Positions 53,163 through 60,555 of a DNA stretch of 64,000 nucleotides are shown piece after piece. Positions within the stretch are counted from its first letter, which is position 1; the number at the start of each line of letters is the position of its first letter. The position numbers and the translations under genes are program-made. The notes below the pieces were generated by a model. It was not told where the DNA came from, did no database searches, and saw only the letters and a program-made list of their open reading frames with translations. Source of the DNA: Candidatus Bathyarchaeia archaeon (GTDB lineage Archaea; Thermoproteota; Bathyarchaeia; Bathyarchaeales; Bathycorpusculaceae); the NCBI GenBank assembly GCA_038883715.1, contig JAVZLS010000002.1, forward strand, positions 37,223 to 101,222. Direction: 5' to 3'.

Positions 53163-54977
53163 TCATCCTCGTTTCACGATCATTGCGGCTATCACAGATG
53201 CAACCGCTACGATGGCAACCGACAATATCAGCCACCAGTAGCTTAATATGCCCGTAAAGTCAAAGCCGCCACCACCGGCTGCGCCACCGCCGCCGCTTAA
53301 ATGCGCTGCTAACTGGTGGTAGCTGTGGTGGTATTGCACGTAGATTTGAGCGTATCCGCCAGCCTGACTTATCTGAAAGTCTATGGGCTGATCGTCTAAT
53401 GTCACTTTTACGGCTGAAAGCGAACTAATCATTTCAACTGGTATGGTGATGTTGGCTATTCCCGTTGTTCCGTCTGGACCGCCAACGTTTACGCTTAAAG
53501 TCATGCTTGTAGAGTTGAAGACCACGCCAAGCACAGAAGAGTTTGTTGAAACGTACATTCTCTTGTTTCGCCACTCTAGCTGCATGCGAATCCAACCTTC
53601 CGGCAAAACGGAGATGAAAGCGTTCAAACCAGTCGCTGCAGCCTCATGACCATCATCTATGCCGTCACCATCCGTATCCCTTCTTATGGGGTCTGTCCGG
53701 AAAACTTTGATTTCAACACCGTCGCTGAGTCCATCCCCATCAGTATCTGGATTTAATAGATTTAACGGGTAAGTTCCAACACCAGCCCGCTTTATGTTAA
53801 ACTCATGCTCTTCCAAGTTGGTCAACCCGTCATTGTCATAGTCTTTGTAGATGTCTGTTGGATCCAGTGGGTTAAAGTATCCACAGAAAATTTCTTCGCG
53901 GTCAGATAGGCCGTCTCCGTCGCTGTCCGGGTTGGAGGATATTGGAAGGCTTAAGTCTATAAGATATGGAACGTCTCTTATTGTTTTAATGAAGGCGGCT
54001 ATGGAATCGTTGAGGGGCGACCATGTCCAACATTTGGCGCCATAAAAAATCGTGTGTTTGTTGCTTCCATCAACATTTATAGCTGTGATGTTACTACTAT
54101 CCCACCAAATATTATATGGATGGTAATCATATCTTCCTCCATAATTAACTTCCGTGTATGTTAGCATTGTTCCATTCGGCGCCCAATTTAAATGCATTGC
54201 AATGTTGTTTTCTGAGATATCAGCAATCTTGGTTAGGTTGGTTCCATCGGAGTTAATTATCCAAACGCCAGTGTACGTTGTGAAGGCTATCTTGTCGTTT
54301 GATGGAGAAAACCTAACGCTAAACATCTGGTTATCTGTCCCCTCAAGTTCCAGAACCAGTGATCTCTCGCTTGTTTCGAGGTTGACTTTCCAAATGCGAC
54401 TGAAATGGGTGTAGGGATATGTAGAATGGTTCTCTGCAAATTCTGTGTAAAGTAATGTTGTGCCATCCCTTGATAAGTCAAAGAATGTGGGTACGCATGA
54501 GGAGCAACTATTAACGTAGGTTATGAAAGTTGGATTGGTACCATCCAAGTTCTTTGAATATATTGCGGAAGAAGGAGCAAATACATAGCTGGCGTTGATG
54601 TAGAATATTTTTGAATCGTCTGGCGAAATAACAAAATTATCAAACACGCCTTGACCGCTATAGCCCCACAGATTACAAGAGTCACTAATCGGCGACCAAG
54701 TGCTTGCGTTAATTACCACAAAACGGTCAGAACCAGCTATTAATAGTATCTCTCCAGAAGGGGACCATGCGATGCTTGTTGCGATCATGCCTCCAGAATT
54801 CCACATGATATGTCCATCTTCTGTTTGCCATACTTGAGGCGCAGGCCAATAAATGATCCTTGGATTGGCATTAACGGTAGATTCAGCTGCGTTTGAAAGA
54901 GGGATTCTGCAAAGTCCAAACATTGTTGAAGCAAGGATAAAGGTTATTGCGGCGATAGACAATGATCTTTTTAACAT
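53163..54977 (-). CDS. Surface-anchored protein: signal peptide, beta-propeller (TolB/PD40-like), four thrombospondin-type-3 Ca-binding repeats, Gly-rich linker and C-terminal TM anchor
   Basis: Signal peptide IAAITFILASTMFGL. The Ca-binding repeats are DSDGDGLSDREE, DYDNDGLTNLEE, DTDGDGLSDGVE and DTDGDGIDDGHE. The end is GGGGAAGGGG followed by WWLILSVAIVAVASVIAAMIVKRG. Confidence 0.65.
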   Translation of the reverse strand: MLKRSLSIAAITFILASTMFGLCRIPLSNAAESTVNANPRIIYWPAPQVWQTEDGHIMWNSGGMIATSIAWSPSGEILLIAGSDRFVVINASTWSPISDSCNLWGYSGQGVFDNFVISPDDSKIFYINASYVFAPSSAIYSKNLDGTNPTFITYVNSCSSCVPTFFDLSRDGTTLLYTEFAENHSTYPYTHFSRIWKVNLETSERSLVLELEGTDNQMFSVRFSPSNDKIAFTTYTGVWIINSDGTNLTKIADISENNIAMHLNWAPNGTMLTYTEVNYGGRYDYHPYNIWWDSSNITAINVDGSNKHTIFYGAKCWTWSPLNDSIAAFIKTIRDVPYLIDLSLPISSNPDSDGDGLSDREEIFCGYFNPLDPTDIYKDYDNDGLTNLEEHEFNIKRAGVGTYPLNLLNPDTDGDGLSDGVEIKVFRTDPIRRDTDGDGIDDGHEAAATGLNAFISVLPEGWIRMQLEWRNKRMYVSTNSSVLGVVFNSTSMTLSVNVGGPDGTTGIANITIPVEMISSLSAVKVTLDDQPIDFQISQAGGYAQIYVQYHHSYHQLAAHLSGGGGAAGGGGFDFTGILSYWWLILSVAIVAVASVIAAMIVKRG

Positions 54978-55237
54978 GATGTTTCCCTCATACTTTTAGT
55001 GTTTATTACGAAAGCATACTCTAAAAGACTTACGCACAACAAATTCTAAAAATTCATCAAAATTTCAACTAAACTTCATGCAACATTCTGAACATATTGC
55101 AAAGATCCGACGTCACACAACAAATTTTTATGTGTCAGTTCGCCCGTCGAGTCATATCACAGCTTATGCCAAAGCTCTATTGACTCTCCAGCTCATCATC
55201 CAAAATTAAAATGTAAATAATCCAATTTAAGGCTTAT

Positions 55238-55627
55238 TTAGGTATCCTTTTTCTTTCGCCTTCTTAATAAATCCAAATATTCTTTCATTGATTTTTCAAT
55301 ATCCCATCTAAATCCAAGCTCTCCAAAGGTTGCATTCCACCAGCTTATAAATCTCTTTAAAGAAATCTTCACAAAAAGCATGAAAGTGGCCGTCGGAATA
55401 ATTAATACCAATAAAATGTTCAGTGGAAACCTAAAAGTCGCGATAAAATATAAGCTTAGCAAAAACTCCCCTACCAAAAATATTGGCACTAAAATTCCCC
55501 AGAAAATGCCACCAGCCCCCTCAAGGAAGTCTGTTCCCGGAATTTTCAAAATTAACCTATAAAACCATGGCAAGTCTTTCTCTTCAATACGCCTCAATTC
55601 GTCTTCCTTTTCTTTCATGGAAACCAT
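55238..55627 (-). CDS. Hypothetical small membrane protein
   Basis: 129 aa with two or three hydrophobic helices and a basic C-terminus. No family recognised. Confidence 0.4.
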   Translation of the reverse strand: MVSMKEKEDELRRIEEKDLPWFYRLILKIPGTDFLEGAGGIFWGILVPIFLVGEFLLSLYFIATFRFPLNILLVLIIPTATFMLFVKISLKRFISWWNATFGELGFRWDIEKSMKEYLDLLRRRKKKDT

Positions 55628-55702
55628 ACACTTTAACGATTTTGTAAGACTTAAGCTTTACATTGAAAATATGCTGGAATGGGACACTGCTTTTACCCCG
55701 GG

Positions 55703-56518
55703 CTAGCCTTCCACAACTCCAATCTTAGTTACTGACAGTCCCCTTCTTTCCAATTCATGGATAAAAGGGTTTATCCCCAGCGAGTCGCTAGCAATATGCC
55801 CGGTCACTATCAAGTTGCCTTTACCCTCCGCCTTCAGTTTTTCCAGGTCCGATGGGCTTATGTGAATGTAAATTAGCGTGTTGACACCGTGCTCAAAGTA
55901 CGTTTTAGCAATTTCATACCCTCCGTTAGTGGCTGCCGCATGGGAAACAACAACTTTTCCAGCCTTGTTTTCAACTTTTCCAAGGCAAACACTGACTTTT
56001 GTAAGGGAGTTTCTGAATTCCGGAAGCCCCATCAAGGCGGAAACCACATCTCCAACCGTAGAGTCTTCTCCCACTTTTTTGTTGATCTGCTCAACCATCC
56101 GTTTTCTCCCAATCTCGTCTAAAGGCATATGTATATTCATAAAGGGTATCTTCAAAAGCCTTGCAAAATCCACGGCATGAGCATAATTTCGAGCATGTGC
56201 TTCTACACTCAATTGTTCAAATTTCCTTTTTACAGCCATTTCAGCCTTTTCCAGTGGAACACCAGCGTCCACCATCTGCTGAACATGCCTCATAAAAACC
56301 CTTGGAAAGCCAAGAATAGCTGATCCGCCAGCCGGGTGATGAGCTATGACGACGTCGTAGCCTAGCTGCTTGGCAAGTAGAAGCTCTACTGGTCCAGCAT
56401 CTATGCAGAACAAGACTCGCCGGATGTTTTCGCCTTCAATGTAGATGGTGCTGTCCTCTGGGATTTCAGTTAAACCAGCAAGCTTTAGGGCTAACTCCAT
56501 AATCTCTTCAGCGTTCAA
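55703..56518 (-). CDS. NIF3-like (GTP cyclohydrolase 1 type 2 homolog) metal-binding protein
   Basis: The pattern is DVVIAHHP...NIHMPLDE...TGHIASD, resembling the dinuclear-metal NIF3 family. Tentative. Confidence 0.5.
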   Translation of the reverse strand: MNAEEIMELALKLAGLTEIPEDSTIYIEGENIRRVLFCIDAGPVELLLAKQLGYDVVIAHHPAGGSAILGFPRVFMRHVQQMVDAGVPLEKAEMAVKRKFEQLSVEAHARNYAHAVDFARLLKIPFMNIHMPLDEIGRKRMVEQINKKVGEDSTVGDVVSALMGLPEFRNSLTKVSVCLGKVENKAGKVVVSHAAATNGGYEIAKTYFEHGVNTLIYIHISPSDLEKLKAEGKGNLIVTGHIASDSLGINPFIHELERRGLSVTKIGVVEG

Positions 56519-56629
56519 GGACTCACTCTCCTTTAGGAACCAGATAATTTTTCTAGCTATCTATTTATGAGTTCTGCAAAATTTTATCAATCTACAGCCC
56601 AAAATAATCAGTTGTGGACGCGTGACGTT

Positions 56630-57151
56630 ATGGACGTTTTCGAAGCCATAAAAGGAAGACGCAGCATAAGAGCCTTCAAAGATGCTGACATTTCAACTGA
56701 AACCGTTGAGAAACTCATTGACGCCGCTAGATGGGCTCCCTCCGCTGGGAATATCCAGCCATGGGAGTTCATAGTTGTCCGTAACCCAGAAACTAAAAAG
56801 CGGCTGGCTGAAGCTGCGTTAGGGCAATCCTTCATCGAGGAGGCGCCAGTCGTAATTGTTGTATGCGCAGATGAGGAGCGTTCTGCAAGAGGCTATGGCG
56901 CACGTGGAAGAACCCTTTACTGCATACAGGACACGGCTGCAGCCATACAAAACATTCATTTGGCAGCCTACGCAATAGGTTTGGGCACGTGCTGGATTGG
57001 AGCCTTCAGAGAAGAGGAAGCAAGAAAAATCCTGCAAGTTCCAGAAGGCGTAAGACCAGTAGCCATGATACCAGTTGGCTACCCGGCTGAGTCTCCACCG
57101 CTGAGGAGTAGGCGACCCTTAAAGCAGATAATCCATTATGAAAAGTTTTAG
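56630..57151 (+). CDS. Nitroreductase-family protein
   Basis: MDVFEAIKGRRSIRAF...AARWAPSAGNIQPWEFIVV is a classic nitroreductase N-terminus. The internal ATG at 56630 was chosen. Confidence 0.85.
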   Translation: MDVFEAIKGRRSIRAFKDADISTETVEKLIDAARWAPSAGNIQPWEFIVVRNPETKKRLAEAALGQSFIEEAPVVIVVCADEERSARGYGARGRTLYCIQDTAAAIQNIHLAAYAIGLGTCWIGAFREEEARKILQVPEGVRPVAMIPVGYPAESPPLRSRRPLKQIIHYEKF

Positions 57152-57170
57152 GAGAGCGCCAACTTTGAAA

Positions 57171-57929
57171 ATGCGAAGCTACTATTTGGGCGAACTAACA
57201 TGGGTTGATGTAGAAGAGTTCCTGAAAGTACATAAAACCGTGGTTGTGCCTGTCGGAAGCTGTGAGCAGCATGGTCCTCATTTGCCACTAGACACGGACG
57301 CTTATGACGCCTTTTGGCTTTCCATGAAGGCTGCTGAAAAAGCAGAATGCGCCCTTGTGGCTCCACCCATATATTATGGCGTTTCGCTACACCACATGGG
57401 CTTTCCGGGAACAATAACACTGAATCCGCAAACTTTTGAGCAAATGGCCTATGAAGTGGGCGCGTGCCTAACAAAGCATGGATTCACAAAAATACTTTTT
57501 GAAAACGGCCACGGCGGAAACACCCCAGCCCTAGAGGCCGCAGCCCAGAGAATTAAGGCTGAAACCGGCGCTTTCGTAGCCATAGACACAGTCAGCCTCA
57601 TACCAGACTTCATAGAACAGTTCATAGAAACATTCTATGATGCGCATGCCGGAGAGTTCGAAACATCCACAACGCTGGCCAACCGCGAAAACGCTGTTGC
57701 CAAGGAAAGAATTACAAAGCCGAGGCTAAACCTTCCAAAGTCGAAGTACACAAAAATTGGACTGAAGGAGGTTGGGCCAAAAGTTTCATGGGCTTTCGGA
57801 ACAAGAGAGATTAGCAACACTGGCGTAATAGGCGACCCAACAAAAGCTTCAAAGGAGAAAGGCGAAAAGGCTTGGCGGCTTGCCATAGAGCGGTTGGCGG
57901 AACTTTTAAAAGAACTGGACAACATGTAA
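57171..57929 (+). CDS. Creatininase-family amidohydrolase
   Basis: ELTWVDVEEF and PVGSCEQHGPHLPLDTD signatures. The ATG at 57171 was chosen; the ATG at 57138 would overlap the upstream gene. Confidence 0.85.
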   Translation: MRSYYLGELTWVDVEEFLKVHKTVVVPVGSCEQHGPHLPLDTDAYDAFWLSMKAAEKAECALVAPPIYYGVSLHHMGFPGTITLNPQTFEQMAYEVGACLTKHGFTKILFENGHGGNTPALEAAAQRIKAETGAFVAIDTVSLIPDFIEQFIETFYDAHAGEFETSTTLANRENAVAKERITKPRLNLPKSKYTKIGLKEVGPKVSWAFGTREISNTGVIGDPTKASKEKGEKAWRLAIERLAELLKELDNM

Positions 57930-57954
57930 ACACAAACAACCACAGTGTGGTTTT

Positions 57955-58356
57955 ATGAGCAATTTGGAAGAAGGTTTAAGATGGCTAGACCAGGCAGAAG
58001 CCGATTTCAAAACAGCCAAAGACTGCTTGGAAGATGGAAACTATTATGCGTGTGCCTTTTTCGCCCAGCAGTCGGCTGAAAAAGCGTTGAAAGGTTTCCT
58101 ATATTCAAAGGGCTACAGAGCCCTTATAACGCATTCCGTCACCGAGCTTCTTGAGGAAGCCTCAAGGGTCGAGGGAAACTTTGGAAGGTTTGGTGATTAT
58201 GGAAGAGAGCTTGATAGACATTACATTGGTTCCAGATACCCCAACTTTTATCCAAAAGGACCCGCATACAAGTATTATACGGAGGAAATAGCCCGAAGAT
58301 GCTTAAATTACGCAGAGTTAATATTGAAAGAAGTGAAGAGGTTTTTGAGAAAATAA
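57955..58356 (+). CDS. HEPN-domain protein (toxin component of a HEPN/MNT pair)
   Basis: FFAQQSAEKALKGFL...ITHSV and an Rx4H motif (RELDRH). Confidence 0.8.
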   Translation: MSNLEEGLRWLDQAEADFKTAKDCLEDGNYYACAFFAQQSAEKALKGFLYSKGYRALITHSVTELLEEASRVEGNFGRFGDYGRELDRHYIGSRYPNFYPKGPAYKYYTEEIARRCLNYAELILKEVKRFLRK

Positions 58357-58646
58357 GGGCTTATGTAAACGAGGTTGTCAACCGTCTTAACCCACAGCTA
58401 GTCATTCTTTTCGGCTCCTTTGCCACCGGCGACATAAATGAAGGCTCGGATGTTGATATACTCGTTGTTGCGGATTTTAAGGAAGGCTTTCTTGAACGTA
58501 TAGGAACGCTGATGAAATTGAATACTTTTGGCATACCAGTAGAGCCTTTAGGCTACACGCCCGAGGAGTTTGAAGATATGAAAAGGCGGAAAACCCCATT
58601 CATTTTAGAAGTTTTGGAGAAGGGCAGGATCCTTTACAAGTCGTAA
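58299..58646 (+). CDS. Minimal nucleotidyltransferase (MNT) domain protein
   Basis: LFGSFATGDINEGSDVDILVV matches the GSx10DxD nucleotidyltransferase motif. The only in-frame ATG gives a 58-nt overlap with the HEPN gene. Confidence 0.8.
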   Translation: MLKLRRVNIERSEEVFEKIRAYVNEVVNRLNPQLVILFGSFATGDINEGSDVDILVVADFKEGFLERIGTLMKLNTFGIPVEPLGYTPEEFEDMKRRKTPFILEVLEKGRILYKS

Positions 58647-58706
58647 GTATGCGGTTGCGTCAAACTTAATATATTTGGCTTGTTCCTATCAACGTGAGGG
58701 TCAATT

Positions 58707-60470
58707 TTGTTTTACTCTGAAATTGCTGACGCCTACGAAAAAATTGAAGCCACAACCAAAAGGCTTGAAATGACAGATCTGCTAGTAGACCTCCTAAAAA
58801 GGACGCCTAAAGAAATAATTGACAAAGTTGTTTACCTAACGCAAGGCAAAATTTATCCAGACTTTGTTAAGCTCGAAATTGGTGTGGCTGAAAGACTTGC
58901 CATAAAGGCCCTCGCCCACGCTTCTGGGCGTCGGGAAAGCGAAATTGAAGAGGACATGAAAAAAAGTGGAGACATCGGCGAGACCGCCCAGAAGTTCATA
59001 GCTCAAAAACGGCAGCTAACCTTCTTCCAGAAACCATTAACCGTCCAAAGAGTCTACGAAACCCTTGACAAAATGGCGCGGTCTTCAGGGTCTGGGGCTG
59101 TTGACACAAAGATTACGCTTCTGGCCGGGCTCTTGGCTGACGCCACACCAAAAGAGGCCAAATACATTATGCGGACGGTTACTGGAAACCTCCGCTTGGG
59201 CATTGCAGACATGACGGTGCTTGATGCTTTAGCAGTAGCCTACGGCGGCGGAAAGGAAACCCGCGAACTAGTGGAACGCGCCTACAACATATCATCAGAC
59301 CTCGGAAGAGTGGCTAAAGTGCTCGCCGAAGAAGGTCTAGAAGGCATAAAAAAGTTTAAGGTTGTTGTAGGCGAGCCCATAAGGCCCATGCTCGCTGAAA
59401 GGCTCTCATCGCCTGAAGAAATCCTTGAAAAATTGGGCGGCAAATGCATAGCCGAATACAAGTACGACGGCGAAAGAATCCAAGCCCACAAGAAAGGCGA
59501 CGATATAACGCTTTTTTCAAGGCGCCTAGAAGACATTTCAGACCAATATCCGGACGCCATCGAACTTTTAAAACGGCATGTTCTAGCCAAAGAGGCCATA
59601 GTGGAGGCTGAATGCGTAGCCATAGACCCCGACACTGGCGAGATGCGACCCTTCCAAGAGCTTATGCACCGCAGGCGCAAATACGGCATAGAAAAGGCCA
59701 TGGAAGAATACCCAGTATCACTTTTCATGTTCGACGCCTTATACGTTGACGGAAAAGACTTGACGCTTAAACCATACCCCGTTCGGCGAAAAACCTTGGA
59801 GAGCATAATCAAAGAAAGCGAAAGGGTGAAAATAGCTAAATCCATAATTACAGGCGACATTAAAGACCTTGAAAACTTCTTCCTAGAAGCCATAGAAGAT
59901 GGATGCGAAGGCCTAGTATGCAAATCAATAAACGAAGACTCGATTTATCAAGCAGGCGCAAGAGGCTGGCTATGGATAAAATATAAGCGGGACTACAAAA
60001 GCGAAATGACAGACACCGTAGACCTAGTCGTGGTCGGCGCCTTCTATGGACGAGGAAAACGGGCAGGAACATACGGCGCCCTATTATTGGCTGCTTACAA
60101 CCCAGAAAACGACACCTTCGAAACAGTAACAAAATGCGGGACGGGCTTTACGGACGAGGACTTGGCAAAACTCCCCCAAATGATGAAAAAACACGTCATA
60201 CCACATAAACATCCAAGAGTAAACTCGCTTATTGAAGCGGATGTTTGGTTCGAACCAAAAGTAGTCATAGAAGTGTTAGGAGCAGAAATAACCCTAAGCC
60301 CCATCCACACATGCGCCATAAACACCATACGCCAAGGAAGCGGCCTAGCCATACGCTTTCCGCGTTTTACAGGCAATTACAGAATAGACAAGGCAGCAGA
60401 AGACGCAACAACCACCAGCGAAATAGTTGAAATGTACCAGAAGCAATTAAAGAAAATTGCTGAAAGTTAA
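58707..60470 (+). CDS. lig: ATP-dependent DNA ligase
   Basis: Adenylation motif EYKYDGERIQ plus motifs III-VI (LFMFDALY, EGLVCK, WLWIKYKRDY and the C-terminal OB domain). TTG start. Confidence 0.95.
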   Translation: MFYSEIADAYEKIEATTKRLEMTDLLVDLLKRTPKEIIDKVVYLTQGKIYPDFVKLEIGVAERLAIKALAHASGRRESEIEEDMKKSGDIGETAQKFIAQKRQLTFFQKPLTVQRVYETLDKMARSSGSGAVDTKITLLAGLLADATPKEAKYIMRTVTGNLRLGIADMTVLDALAVAYGGGKETRELVERAYNISSDLGRVAKVLAEEGLEGIKKFKVVVGEPIRPMLAERLSSPEEILEKLGGKCIAEYKYDGERIQAHKKGDDITLFSRRLEDISDQYPDAIELLKRHVLAKEAIVEAECVAIDPDTGEMRPFQELMHRRRKYGIEKAMEEYPVSLFMFDALYVDGKDLTLKPYPVRRKTLESIIKESERVKIAKSIITGDIKDLENFFLEAIEDGCEGLVCKSINEDSIYQAGARGWLWIKYKRDYKSEMTDTVDLVVVGAFYGRGKRAGTYGALLLAAYNPENDTFETVTKCGTGFTDEDLAKLPQMMKKHVIPHKHPRVNSLIEADVWFEPKVVIEVLGAEITLSPIHTCAINTIRQGSGLAIRFPRFTGNYRIDKAAEDATTTSEIVEMYQKQLKKIAES

Positions 60471-60555
60471 GTAAACTTGCTCTGCTGCATAACGTTCAAA
60501 GCATAGTTAAACTAATAAATTGCTTAGATGAATAATTTTGTGAGGGGGAGATAAG

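Noticed and set aside
53640-53960. The idea that the DxDxDG repeats of the 604-aa protein are dockerins
   Set aside because: There are four evenly spaced DxDxDGxxDxxE units without the paired loop-helix (hydrophobic I/L-x-D-V/A-x-x-L/V...) duplication of dockerins. They fit thrombospondin type 3 repeats better.
54978-55237. 260-nt gene-free region as a candidate ncRNA (C/D-box sRNA or other)
   Set aside because: There is no C box (RUGAUGA) and D box (CUGA) pairing on either strand. It has only a weak 7-bp inverted repeat (CTTTTAG/CTAAAAG) and a short repeated CACAACAAATT. It is more likely a promoter region for the 604-aa surface protein gene.
59282-59923. 213-aa minus-strand ORF inside the DNA ligase gene
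   Set aside because: This is a Ser-rich shadow ORF opposite a gene with all the ligase motifs.
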